Positions 27,451 through 39,760 are shown, counted from the whole stretch's first letter. The stretch is DNA of 63,987 nt, filler included, from Octopus bimaculoides (GCF_001194135.2; 4 parts of 3 records of this genome joined end to end with filler, not necessarily neighbours in it); one strand, 5' to 3'. Notes: generated by a model from the sequence alone, not told the origin. Program-made: numbers and translations.

Positions 27451-28177
27451 AATTTATTATGACACCAGGGAGATATTACTGAAAACAACACAGTTCCTAA
27501 AAATAATCTTGAAACAAATTAAGCTACACAATTTAATTCAGTATCGTCATGATTCCTTTGTTCGCTTATTCTAACATTATTTGAAATGCAATTTGACAAA
27601 TCAATTATATGCAGGTCGCATTAGCAGTACCTTTCATTGCTCTTATGCTGTGTCTATGTTAAAAAAAAAACAACATAACATAACACTCAACCGACTAATT
27701 GACCTTGTAAATAGTTACATGGTGTGTATACCTCAGTGTTCTAACTCGTTAGTACTCCGTAAATCACATGGCTATGTCGTTAACATGAAATGGTGAGTTC
27801 AATCTCACCGTCTACCACAAGGCTCAAAACATCTCACCCTCTTCAATGTTCTCTCCGTATTCCCGCTTTCCGGGTTTTCAACTTGCTTCCATTAGTTGTT
27901 CGTATTTTATGATTTAACGAATCTCAACTGCTTTAATATCATTAAAAACTCTAATTGTAGTTGTAAGTGAAAGAAAATTAAAATATTCTTCCGGTGAGCC
28001 AGATACACAACCTGATTTTGATTTTCGATCATAGCCATTTCATGTACCTTTCTTGAGAAAAGTATGAACGTCTCACAGTTTAATTTTTACTTCATAACAC
28101 ACGTCAAGTCTTATACCCCGATATGAAATCAAGTTGTATATGCAGTGGTTTACGGAAAACTTTAATCCAGTCCAAAG

Positions 28178-28350
28178 TAGTGGTTCTCAACCGGGGTCCA
28201 TATGGCCCTTGAGAGTCCATTTAAGATTTTTGGGTTTCCACGTAATAAAATAGTAAATTGGGGATACACAATAGTATTTTAAGCGTCGCTGAAAAAAACT
28301 TTGCTTTAGACGTAGTTGCATGTATTGCAAAAAACAGCTAGATTTCTTTC
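28178..28350 (+). mobile_element. hAT/Charlie-type MITE left end
   Basis: TAGTGGTTCTCAACCGGGGTCC resembles the CAGTGGTTCTCAAC terminus of Charlie-type elements; no matching right end seen. Confidence 0.5.
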
Positions 28351-28358
28351 TCTTAGAA

Positions 28359-28413
28359 GGAAACAGCACTCCGTCGGTTACGACGATGAGGGTCCCAGCT
28401 GATACGATCAACG
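28359..28413 (-). mobile_element. SINE family C 3' end
   Basis: Reverse complement matches 2888-2938; cut by an N gap. Confidence 0.75.
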
Positions 28414-29514
28414 GNNNNNNNNNNNNNNNNNNNNNNNNNNNNNNNNNNNNNNNNNNNNNNNNNNNNNNNNNNNNNNNNNNNNNNNNNNNNNNNNNNNNNN
28501 NNNNNNNNNNNNNNTACACACGCACGTGCACAATAAAAAGTAGTACATGTTTCTTGGTTCAAATATTACACAGTCTTAGTCAACCAGGAACTTTAGTAGA
28601 TAACATTTGCCAAGCAGGCATACATACATACATACATACATACATAGTAAATGCTCCATCTTAACAAATGATTGTCAGTTTCTTGAGCTTTCTCGTACTG
28701 AATGGCATTTCTGACTTTCCGGCCACCTGGTTTCTCAACAATTATATGAATGGCTAAGAGGTTAAAACAACAACAACAACAACATAAAATGGTGAATAAA
28801 CACAAACATCTGATTTGGTCAGAATTACATCACTTATGTGTTGTGGAGCACTTTTCAACAGATAAATAAAGTTGGAAAGAAAAATAATAAAACTTAGCTG
28901 GTGTGGTAATTATGATAAAAAAGAATTAGTCTAAGTATTAGAGTTATCAACAACAACAAAAAAAGAAAAAAATGCTGAGTTAATGTCGTTATATGTGTAC
29001 TTGGCGTCTTGTATGACACGGCGTGAAGGATCAGAAGACTGAGGGAATGGCTACAGTTACAAGGATATATATAATATTACAATACATGACACTTTATGAT
29101 AAACATAACACGCAAAGCATAAAACCACCTGCTGTATGAGGCATAACGCATAATCCATAAAACAACACCAAAACACTGTACTAAAGCTTGAATGTTCGTT
29201 TAGATAGGATTGCGTGAATAGTAACATCCACATAACTATACAGTACATTAAGTATCATCCCAATCGGGAGTGGATTAGGAGTTCATTCGAACCTGACCTG
29301 GCCAATGGTTTACTTTTTACCCGCAGATCGACATGCTCCAATTGCTTTAGATAACTATTAACCTGTATTTCGAACTAACATCCTCGTTCTAGCTTTATCT
29401 ATGTATATATCTATTCTTTTTCTTCTGTTTTACATTGCATAAACTGACTAGAACTACAACATACCTCTCTTCTTACGATACCTTAAAGCTGTTCATATTC
29501 TATTTATAGGCAAG

Positions 29515-30030
29515 GCGGCGAGCGGGAAGAGTCGTTAGAACGCCGGTCAAAATACCTAGCGTCATTCCGTCCGTCTTCACGTTCTGAGTTCAAATTCTGC
29601 CGAGTCAATACATTAAGTACCAGTGGTCGATGTAATCAACTTACTCCCTTCATTGAAATTGTTGGCTTTGCACCAAAATTTGAAATTAATATCTTATTTA
29701 TAATTATATAATTATTCATTTCCATAGCTTCTTCTTATACTTTTTAAAAATTTTATCCTATATTCTTTTTATTCTTCTTCTTCATTGTTTACATTTCTAC
29801 CGCGGCTCCTGATTTGTATTGTCTACAAACTTGGATACTTATACTGTATTCTTTTCTACTCTAGGCACAAGGCCCGAAATTTTGGGTGGAGGGGGCCAGT
29901 CGATTAGCTCGACCCCAGTACGCAACTGGCACTTAATTTATCGACCCCGAAAAGATGAAAGGCAAAGTCGACCTCGGCGGAATTTGAACTCGGAACGTAG
30001 CGGCAGACGAAATACCGTTAAGCATTTCAC
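29515..30030. mobile_element. Two SINE family A copies in opposite orientation (29515-29680 plus; 29850-30030 minus)
   Basis: Family A head and core motifs on each strand. Confidence 0.75.
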
Positions 30031-31069
30031 ACAGAGAGAGGCACAACTGAGTAGAAGGTTCAAGAGAAGATTTATTGATATGTTAACATGTGTGTCTGTG
30101 TGTGCGTCTTGTATACAGAATAATAGACAGACCGTCATGAGAACAAAGTGTATGTGTGTAAAGAATAGCAATGAAGACAGTGAAAGAGTCTATAATGAGA
30201 AGTAAGATGAGTGTTCATAGATACAAGATTCTTTATCTTTATAGTTAGTTAACTATAGCCCTTCCACCATTCTTACAATCTGTTTCTTTTTCTTTTTCCT
30301 TCTTTTTTGTTCTATACTTATATCTCATTTATTCTCCCAACTTCACTTGTTACATATAGCTTTAGATCTCATAACCATTTTTCCTATCATTCTTTTAATT
30401 TCAACATCACTGCACTACCTCTTTCCTTCGAATTTTTATATATGAATGCTTGATCCCCGTCCCATCAGTCCCATACAAACATTGTGCTTGCACCACATTC
30501 CAATACCAAAACTGAACTTTTGTTACCTCAACTAGCCCTGCTTTTTGATCATCGTGCCAAGACATATAAGGGACGAAAAAGACCTCATAACATTCAAACG
30601 GTTCACAGACGTAATCCTCCATCAAATTCCCGATAAACAATCTACACCCGGATATATCTCTGCACATAATACTTCTTTACTCGAATGATTTATGGTGCAT
30701 GAAGCATGATTAAATGTAACACGAAACATGATTAAATGTCTTCTCCAAGTGGTGCTAATAAGTTAGTCATGACCTGGGTCAATTCTGACTGAAACTTGAA
30801 TATCTAAGTATGTATATTTCCAAGCGAGAAAATAAACAGTATTGTGACACAGTATGTTTTCTTTTTTTGTTTTCTAGAACGTTATGATGTAGATAAGGAA
30901 AATTTAGCAGCTCTCTCTAGCAAGTCTAGAGACCACGTAGAGGTTTCGAGGACAAACACTCACGACTTCCGCTAAAGCTTTGTTAAGCTATAGGGCTTTC
31001 CTATAAGGTGTTTTCCACCCCTGATTGGAACTCTCCCGTATGACATGTACGCATACTCAGTGACTTGCT

Positions 31070-31303
31070 TTAACAGTTGCAATCAGCTGAATGCACATTG
31101 CCAGTGACATTTGACATAATTACCCACACTCTGTGGTCAGGATTCTTTTTTTGGTTTGATGTCGGTATCGAAGGGATTACCAGACACCGGACAATACAGT
31201 GAAAGCAGCTTTCACTCACATCGTGGTATTCGATGCTGTGTGCGTGTCTGTCGTGGTAAAATATGCCACTCCTTAACTGTTGCTTTACTTTCATCCGTAG
31301 CAC
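31070..31303 (-). pseudogene. SWIM zinc-finger N-terminal half
   Basis: HSIEYHDVSESCFHCIVRCLVIPS...DHRVWVIMSNVTGNVHSADCNC* follows the V.PS...H.VWV....G.V.SA.C.C pattern preceding the SWIM C-x-H; truncated. Confidence 0.7.
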
Positions 31304-31388
31304 GAGGTAATTATGTCATTNNNNNNNNNNGTCATTTATTTCTGTTTAGTTCATTCAGATTCGTTATACACTCACTGTTGACATTCTT

Positions 31389-31535
31389 CATTGACAGAAT
31401 TTTTATTCCTTTCAACCTTTCAGTCAAGTCCGCCTTTCTTCCAGTAACATACTGTCCATACAATCTTAAATATTTCTTTAACTCAGGCACAGTAAGTACT
31501 TCGATAGCTGAATCATCAAGCTGCTTTATATCCAT
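31389..31535 (-). pseudogene. SAP DNA-binding domain ORF start
   Basis: MDIKQLDDSAIEVLTVPELKKYLRLYGQYVTGRKADLTERLK fits the SAP consensus LxVxELKxxLxxxGxxxxGxKxxLxxRL. Confidence 0.8.
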
Positions 31536-31646
31536 GATAAGACGTAAAACAATAACAATGGCGTGGGTTAGCCTCCGGAAGTTTAATTATCTACATGGAG
31601 CGCCGCCTAGCCAAGGGAGATAACCTACTTATAGGAAAGCCCTATA

Positions 31647-31890
31647 CACAAACAAACTACTGGAGACGAGAATATATTTATCGAAGGTTTATTACTTTAC
31701 GTACATCAGGGCTTAAGTCGTCATTTATTTCTGTTTAGTTCATTCAGATTCGTTATACACTCACTGTTGACATTCTTTTATTTTCCTTCTCCTATCGGAA
31801 GTCCCTTTTCATTTGCTGCTGACTAACTTCCTAGCTAGCCTGCAGCGAAGTTTCTGTTTACAGTTCGTCTGTCACAAATCCTGCCCTACA
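31647..31890 (-). repeat. Gypsy 3' LTR (main part; remainder at about 30976-30992)
   Basis: Aligns with 35283-35533 at roughly 85-90% by eye plus a roughly 15-bp indel; starts TGTAG on the minus strand, preceded by PPT CTGGAGGGGAACTA (31891-31904). Confidence 0.9.
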
Positions 31891-32119
31891 TAGTTCCCCT
31901 CCAGAACAGTTGACTGTCATTGGAAACGGGAAAGCGTTTTAATTGCCCTGCCCATGCGTGTGGTTACTCGATTCTTTGGTGACTGCTCCTTGTCAAGGGT
32001 TGGTGTGATGTGTCTAGGACGGCCCCTGTTTGGTGGTTGGGCTACCTGAACGGGGCTGTCAGTATCGAGATAGTCCGGTTTCAATCTAGCAATGGAGAAT
32101 GTGTCATGTCGTCCGCCAA

Positions 32120-33034
32120 TTAAGAGTTGGAAAGTTTTATCTTCCTGATGTATGACTTGATAGGGACCCTCGTAGGGTGACGGAGGGGTTTTCGTCGTGT
32201 GCCACGTCGAACGAACACAAAGTTAGCCGTGCGGAGGTCATTTGGTACGGATGATTTGGGTGTGCCGTGTGTGGACATGGGAACAGGGCGTAACTGGCCC
32301 ACGCTGTCTCTCAGTTGAGCGAGGTACCTTTTGACATCCGGGTCTGACTTTGTATTCGGAAGGAACTCTCCTGGCACCGTACACCATTTCCGCGGAGTAA
32401 GTGTTGAGATTTTCTTTTGGGGCAGTGCGGATTCCCACACTCATGGGAGTTGGCCAATCCAATTTGGCCCGTTAAATCTGATTGTCAGGGATTCCTTCAG
32501 GCGGCGGTGAAATCTCTCCACTAATCCATTGGCCTGTGGGTGGTTGGCTGTTGTGTGGTTCATTGTGATTCCGAAAAGGTCCCACAGCTTTGAGGTGAAT
32601 TGTGGACCCCGATCGGATGAGATGCTATCTGGGACTCCGAAACGGGCGACCCAGTTTGCGATGAAGGCTCGGCTGACTTCTTGTGTTTCCGTGCTGCGCA
32701 GAGGGATAGCTTCAGGCCAACGGGTGTAGCGGTCTACCAAGGTCAGTAGATACGAGCAACCCTGTGAAAGTGGTAGGGGGCCGACAAGGTTGATGTTGAC
32801 ATGACTGAATCGGGCCTGAGGTGGTTCATAGTTGCCAAGAGGTGCTTTGGTGTGTTGATGGACCTTGGCTTGTTGCCAGGGGATGCAGGACCTGGTCCAG
32901 TCCCCGACTTGCTTGGCCATACCGTGCCATATAAATTTGCTTGACAGCAGCCATCGTGTGACTTTAGTACCTGGGTGGAAAAGTCCGTGAATGACCTTGG
33001 CTTGTTGCCAAGGTCTGCCAACTGTGCAGTCCAA
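32120..33034 (-). pseudogene. pol: Gypsy integrase (zinc-binding plus rve core), frameshifted
   Basis: HGLFHPG, LLTLVDRYTRWPEAIPL, FGVPDSISSDRGPQFTS, NHPQANGLVERFHRRLKE, then FVFVRRG..RKPL. Confidence 0.93.
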
Positions 33035-33061
33035 GCTGACATATGAGGATGGGACAGCATG

Positions 33062-33720
33062 GTTGCTTCAACCAGGGCTTATGCGGATTCGAAGGCTGAA
33101 GCCATTGTACTATCCCATTCCACCTGTCCTTTTGAACCCTCTTTCCACAGTGCCTTGTATAGGGGTCTCATTACTCTTGCTGTAGAAGGGATGAAGCGAT
33201 AGTAAAAGTTTACCATGCCCACGAATTGCTGTAGAGCCTTGTTTGTGGTGGGGCGTGGAAAGGATAGGATAGCTTTTAATTTTTCTGGCAGGGGTGTAAC
33301 GCTGGCATTTGTGATTTGATGTCCCAAGTCTATTTCTGTTGCAACAAAAACGCACGTGGCGGAGTTAAATACTAAACCATACTGTTCTAGCCTATCAAAA
33401 AAGAGTCACTAGGTGCTTCTTATGTAGTTCTGCTTTTGGGCTTGCAATAAGGATATCATCTAAGTATGCAAAGAGAAAATCGAGACCTCTGCACACAGTG
33501 TTCATCAGACGTTGGAAGGATTGTGCTGCGTTTTTCAGCCCAAAGGGTGTATGTAGGAATTCGTACAGACCGAAAGGAGTGATCACAAAAGTTTTCGGTA
33601 GATCGTCGTCTTGTGTTGGTATTTGGTGGTATCCCCGGATGAGCTCAACCTTTCAGCTGGGTTGAAAAATCTTGTATGTGTGGAATGGGGTAGCGGTCAG
33701 GTGTCGTATCTGCGTTAAGA
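33062..33720 (-). pseudogene. pol: Gypsy reverse transcriptase, frameshifted; RNase H largely missing
   Basis: ITPFGLYEFLHTPFGLKNAAQSFQRLMNTVCRGLDFLFAYLDDILIAS; KALQQFVGMVNFYYRFIP. Confidence 0.93.
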
Positions 33721-34689
33721 TGGCAGTAATCTCCGCAGGGTCGATAGCCTCCGTTGGATTTGGGGGTCTCATGCAGGGGTGATGACCAGGGACTGCTTGA
33801 TCGGAGAACTATGCCAATGCCTCCATATTGTCGAACTCGGCCTTTGCGATTGCAAGTTTGTCTGGTGATAGACGATGTGCGCAGCTGTGCACTGGGGGCT
33901 GGTGGTGGAGATGTGGTGCGTCACCCGTGGCGGGCTGTAGGTTTGGAAAATGTCGGAGTGGTGAGATTGGTGTGAATTACAAGAAGATCCTAGAATTTTT
34001 TCTTGGTTTGCGAGATGGTTGCTATGCGGGGGACGGCATGTGCAGATGTTGTGCTGTTGTNNNNNNNNNNNNNNNNNNNNNNNNNNNNNNNNNNNNNNNN
34101 NNNNNNNNNNNNNNNNNNNNNNNNNNNNNNNNNNNNNNNNNNNNNNNNNNNNNNNNNNNNNNNNNNNNNNNNNNNNNNNNNNNNNNNNNNNNNNNNNNNN
34201 NNNNNNNNNNNNNNNNNNNNNNNNNNNNNNNNNNNNNNNNNNNNNNNNNNNNNNNNNNNNNNNNNNNNNNNNNNNNNNNNNNNNNNNNNNNNNNNNNNNN
34301 NNNNNNNNNNNNNNNNNNNNNNNNNNNNNNNNNNNNNNNNNNNNNNNNNNNNNNNNNNNNNNNNNNNNNNNNNNNNNNNNNNNNNNNNNNNNNNNNNNNN
34401 NNNNNNNNNNNNNNNNNNNNNNNNNNNNNNNNNNNNNNNNNNNNNNNNNNNNNNNNNNNNNNNNNNNNNNNNNNNNNNNNNNNNNNNNNNNNNNNNNNNN
34501 NNNNNNNNNNNNNNNNNNNNNNNNNNNNNNNNNNNNNNNNNNNNNNNNNNNNNNNNNNNNNNNNNNNNNNNNNNNNNNNNNNNNNNNNNNNNNNNNNNNN
34601 NNNNNNNNNNNNNNNNNNNNNNNNNNNNNNNNNNNNNNNNNNNNNNNNNNNNNNNNNNNNNNNNNNNNNNNNNNNNNNNNNNNNNNNNA

Positions 34690-35236
34690 AGCACAGGTCA
34701 TCATGCTTAAGCCTACTCCGTCTCGGGGCCGAACCAATGGCGTTGATCATGACACCACTGGATAAAAATTGTTTGTCAGCTGCCTTTGCTAATTGCCGCA
34801 GGTCCTTGATTTCGGTCTGAGTTTTGAGGGCCTGGACCTGGGGTGGCAACTTGCGGATGAATATTTCTTTAAACAAAAAGGAAGGTGACTCACCGGGGGG
34901 TACTAATGCCAACATCCTGTCCATCAGTTCCGAACGCTTGGAATCGCCTAATTTCTCCTCCAGTATCTTGGCTACCGTTTCTCTTTTACTGCGTTGGAAT
35001 ATATCCACTAGCCTATCTTTCAATACGGCGTATTTTTCTGTTGGTGGGAGATGGGTTAAAATGTCTAGCACCCTCGTTACCGTGTCTTCGTCTAGTGCTG
35101 CCACAACGTGCGAGTACTCCGTTTGGTCGGCCGTTACCTTGCTTATATCGAATTGAGCTCCCGCCTGCGCGAACCACAGTTCAGCCCTCTTGGGTCACAA
35201 CTGTGGTAGCCTCAGTGTTGTTTTGTTGCTAGCCAT
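34690..35236 (-). pseudogene. gag: Gypsy gag (CsRn1-type), with in-frame stop
   Basis: ATG at 35236: MASNKTTLRLPQL*PKRAELWFAQAGAQF...YSHVVAALDEDTVTRVLDIL...YAVLKDRL; TGA at 35195-35197; continues into an N gap. Confidence 0.88.
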
Positions 35237-35282
35237 GTTTGCTTCGATAGCGAGAACTGTTGTTCTATCATTGGGGTCACTA

Positions 35283-35533
35283 GTTACAGCTTTGTTAAGC
35301 TAAACGCAAACAAACTAGTGGAGATGAGAATACATTTATCAAATGTTTATTACTTTACGTACATCAATTATTTCTGTTTAGTTCACTCAGATTCGTTTCA
35401 CACTCACTGTTGACATTCTTTCGTTTCCCTTCTCCTACCGGAAGTCCCTTTTCTTTTGCTGCTGACCAACTTTCTAGCTAGCCCGCAGCGAAGTTTCTGT
35501 TTACAGATCGTCTGCCACGAACCCTGCTCTACA
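35283..35533 (-). repeat. Gypsy 5' LTR with adjacent PBS
   Basis: Followed on the minus strand by TAGTGACCCCAAT (about 35271-35283), two mismatches from the tRNA-Trp PBS TGGTGACCCCGAC used by CsRn1-lineage elements. Confidence 0.88.
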
Positions 35534-36605
35534 CTGGTGTGTCCGCCAATCGAGGTTTTGATTGCCTTAAATTGCATCATTTAAAATACTTGTAACTTAT
35601 TATTATTATTAATTTCTAGAAGAAAAAAATTAATATGATTTCCGTGATCGGCACTGGATCACGGAAATCATCAAAAATACATCAGAAATACATTTTTTGA
35701 AAATAATCTGGTGAAAAATTTGAAAAACTTCAAGTGGTTGGAAGAAATTTAAGAAGATCCATCGAATATGCATAAAACTTGAGTCAACAGCAGATGGCAC
35801 GACTTTAATAAATGTTATTATTGTCTAATCTAGGAATTGAGTAATCTCTTTTGTTCTTTATCGACAACCATATGAGTGCGATATGTTCTCGTGTAATGAA
35901 TTCGTATGTTGTGTATCTGTGTGCGTGTGCGTACGTGCGCGCGTGCTTAATAAACAAAAGTCCTTATATATATATTACAGCCCTATTTCCCCACTGTTTC
36001 TGCTACCAGTTAACAGAAATAACATTTACACTCTTTTGTCAAATGACTCATCGCGTTTTTGGGTCGCAATAAAATCGTGCTAGCTTCCCTTCTAGTACAA
36101 AGAGCCTTTCCGCTAAAATTCGTTCTCTATAAAAACAGATTGTTTACTGACCAAACTTCAAGAGTTGGAGGCGGTGGTGGCGATGGTGGTGCTCTCGTTA
36201 TTTGTTGCGGATGTGGTGGTTTGTTTTTCTGACTGTGACTACAGTTTCACAAGGGAAGCCTATTGTTGTTGTTGAGGATGATGACGATGATGAGGAGGAG
36301 GGGAAGGAGAAGGATGATGATGATGATGATGATGTTTCATACCAGGTCAATGATTAAAGGCGCTCTAACCTCGACCATCTCGTCCTCGGTATATCTCGGA
36401 CAACATTGTCCAATGTTATTCCTTTTCTTTTGTTTTCTTCCCTCCCACCCTAAGGTCAGATGTGAGGAAATTCGGCTGTTATTTTTAGTCGATCATATTA
36501 CTGCCTAGTGGTTCCCTTGCAGTTTGCTAATAATCTGTGTGTTAATCTTCCTATCATCTCAACATGTTTCCTCGGGTCAACGAGTTAGCCCTCTATGCAG
36601 TCACT

Positions 36606-36859
36606 CGTTTTTATTTATCAAAGCACAGATTTCGTTTAATACCGGATGCACGGTATTCACAAACCTCAAGACTGAAAGGCATGCACTCATACATACATTT
36701 CTTTTCTTCAAAACTTGTAAAACCGATTAAATAATAAGATCGTCTGTGGTTTTAAGAAATGTGAATGTGAATCTCAAAGCTAGATTGCTTTTGGTCCTGC
36801 GGCTTCTTGACCAGGGCTGATCTGAGACTACACTGCAACTACGCGCGCGCACGCGCACG

Positions 36860-36890
<31 letters not shown>

Positions 36891-37263
36891 ACACACACAC
36901 ACACGCACGCACACACGCACGCACGCACGCACACACACACACACAGACAGACAGATTCGCTATGTGTGTTTCATGTTAAATGTGTATATACACCATTAGA
37001 TGATATGCTGCTGTAGAATTATCTGAGATAAAATTTCTTCATAGAGTTGTCTTAAAAGCACAATATATATCGGAGTGAGACGAATATCGTCTTCGCTGAA
37101 GTGACTCACGAGAACAGACACGTTTCTCTCGAGTTTTTTCCTACAACTCAGCAAGGTTCTACAATACCAGAGAACGTTTTTATTTATCAAAGCACAGATT
37201 TCGTTTAATACCGGATGCACAGTATTCACAAACCTCAAGACTGAAAGGCATGCACTCATACAT
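36606..37263 (+). repeat. 89-bp direct repeat pair (36606-36694 and 37175-37263)
   Basis: CGTTTTTATTTATCAAAGCACAG...GCATGCACTCATACAT repeated with one mismatch, offset 569 bp. Confidence 0.92.
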
Positions 37264-38128
37264 GCAGATACATTTCAACCTTCGTCTTAAATAAAGGAGG
37301 ATACATCTGAAAATTAAACTATCTCTCTATCTTTAAGATATCTTGTTAGCGCTTGTATTTGTAGCAACTTGGAGCTACGTGTTGTTCATATTTAATGTTC
37401 TATTTATTGCTGTTCTTGTTATGTATTCATATTTAGTGGAGGTTCGATATTATTTTCTTGTTATGTTCAATGATTGTGTTTCTGTGATGTTGAAAATGGT
37501 TTTGATTTTTTGTTTTCTTTTCATGCAGATAACATTTAAAAGTAATTAAAATTATATTGACTTATTGTCCTTTCCTTGCTGCATAATTATTCTAGTTAGT
37601 TTTTTAATGCACATTACATTTAATGTATTAACACTGATTTAACTATGAATATCCTTACCACGAAATCGTACGAAGCAAAGAAGTTAAAGAAAATGGTAGT
37701 AGGAAACGAGCCGTATCAAAAATCACAAGAACGTTAGTCAGAATAACAACACGATAGCAACAAAATGTACTGTCAACAGTAATGGCTCTAACAAATCTAG
37801 AAACAATACGAGGAACAGTGACTTCTCTAAAATATTTAGTGCAATGACATATTTAGATAATAGAGATTTAACTTAATTAAACACTGAAACCGAATCATAC
37901 TACATTCATAGCTTCGACCCTACGTGGTCTTGTCTCACTAAATACTGTATGGAAAGGATAAAACTTGTCTTTTATTTTTTAGTTTTGTCATACATAGACA
38001 CACGCGCGTGCGCGCACATGTATATACCTGTGTATATATGAATAAACGTATACATATATATACACACAACCACTACACACACTCCCACGCTCACATATAA
38101 TATAAGTTTAGAAGTTCTTCATCAGTTT

Positions 38129-38165
<37 letters not shown>

Positions 38166-38473
38166 CCTAGCTAAGTCTCGAAGAAGTGCAAAAGACTGGT
38201 AAAATTTATGACCTTTAGTGTTCCGTTTAAACTCTTACGCGTCAACACATGCAGTAAAGACATGATCGGGAGGAGATTCCAGAGGGGTGATAGTCTGAGG
38301 AGGATATTCTAGGTAATAAGGGTTGGTTAATGAGAGGAAAGGGGATTTAGACTAATCAAAAATAACGTGAGATGGAGAAACAGTGATCGGGGTGGATGAG
38401 AGTAGGTAGTGAGGATTGATACCTGCACATTATACCTAATACATACATACATACATACATACATACATACTTA

Positions 38474-38595
38474 GTGAAGGCGCGTGGCTCAGTATTTAGG
38501 GAACTCGGCTCACGATCTTAAGGTCGTGAGTTCGATTCCCGACAGCACGTTGTTTCCTTGAAACACTGTTTCACTTAGCTCCAGTTCATTAAGCC
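38474..38595 (+). mobile_element. SINE family D 5' part with tRNA-like head
   Basis: GGCGCGTGGCTCAGTATTTAG...GAGTTCGATTCC A/B-box-like motifs. Confidence 0.7.
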
Positions 38596-39108
38596 AGCAA
38601 ACTTGAGTTGTATCTGTATTTCTTTCCTACTCTAGGCACAAGACCAAANNNNNNNNNNNNNNNNNNNNNNNNNNNNNNNNNNNNNNNNNNNNNNNNNNNN
38701 NNNNNNNNNNNNNNNNNNNNNNNNNNNNNNNNNNNNNNNNNNNNNNNNNNNNNNNNNNNNNNNNNNNNNNNNNNNNNNNNNNNNNNNNNNNNNNNNNNNN
38801 NNNNNNNNNNNNNNNNNNNNNNNNNNNNNNNNNNNNNNNNNNNNNNNNNNNNNNNNNNNNNNNNNNNNNNNNNNNNNNNNNNNNNNNNNNNNNNNNNNNN
38901 NNNNNNNNNNNNNNNNNNNNNNNNNNNNNNNNNNNNNNNNNNNNNNNNNNNNNNNNNNNNNNNNNNNNNNNNNNNNNNNNNNNNNNNNNNNNNNNNNNNN
39001 NNNNNNNNNNNNNNNNNNNNNNNNNNNNNNNNNNNNNNNNNNNNNNNNNNNNNNNNNNNNNNNNNNNNNNNNNNNNNNNNNNNNNNNNNNNNNNNNNNNN
39101 NNNNNNNN

Positions 39109-39158
<50 letters not shown>

Positions 39159-39374
39159 CACATACACTCACGACGTATATATACATACATATTTGATTTT
39201 GCTAAGTTACATATAAAAAACAATGTACCATTAAAATGGAAGATCGCCTAATTTCTTTTAAGTAGAGTGCATCTAATTAATATTCACGAGAAAAAGGTTG
39301 AAAGGTTGGTCGTGACTCCGAGATGTCAGCTTGGTTGGCTTCGAAGTCATTGTCAGCTATTTCGTTCTGAAAGT

Positions 39375-39422
<48 letters not shown>

Positions 39423-39424
39423 TA

Positions 39425-39760
39425 AAGGCGCAGGAGTGCTGTGTGGTAAGAAGCTAGCTTCCCAACCATATGGTTCCGGGTTCAGTCCCACTGCGTGACA
39501 GCTTGGGCAAGTGTCTGCTACTATAGCCTCGGGCCGACCAGTCTCATGAGTGGATTTGGTAGATGGAAACTGAAAGACAATCGGTGTTGGTGTATTTACG
39601 TCCCTGGAACTTTAGCGGTTCAGTGAAAGCAACTGATAGAATAAGTACTAGGCTTTAAAATGTGTCTTCTACTAGAGAGGCTATAGTACAAAACACTTGC
39701 CAAGGTGCCACGCAGTGGGACTGAACCTGAAATCATGTAGTTGGGAAGTAAGCTTCTTCT
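39425..39760. mobile_element. SINE family B copy (39425-39657 plus) followed by an inverted 5' fragment (39675-39760 minus)
   Basis: Head GGCGCAGGAGTG.CTGTGTGGTAAG on plus; ACACTTGCCAAGGTGCCACGCAGTGGGACTGAACC is its reverse complement. Confidence 0.8.

Larger units (their letters stand above)
30993..31642 (-). mobile_element. Non-autonomous TIR DNA element carrying SAP and SWIM coding fragments, nested in the gypsy 3' LTR (Kolobok-like, inferred)
   Basis: Perfect 15-bp TIRs GGGCTTTCCTATAAG (30993-31007) / CTTATAGGAAAGCCC (31628-31642), flanked by TATA at 30989-30992 and 31643-31646; LTR sequence resumes on both sides. Confidence 0.85.
30976..35533 (-). mobile_element. Ty3/gypsy LTR retrotransposon, CsRn1-like, degenerate provirus
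   Basis: Two related LTRs, degenerate tRNA-Trp PBS, polypurine tract, and gag/RT/integrase coding fragments in gypsy order on the minus strand. Confidence 0.92.

Noticed and set aside
30407-30667. 86-aa ORF; an alternative frame hints at an L1/Tx1 RT C-terminus (EFDGGLRL)
   Set aside because: A single weak motif among many stops is insufficient support.
30960-30980. Target-site duplication for the gypsy provirus
   Set aside because: The right flank CTGG(T) has no counterpart at the decayed left LTR end, so no TSD is claimed.
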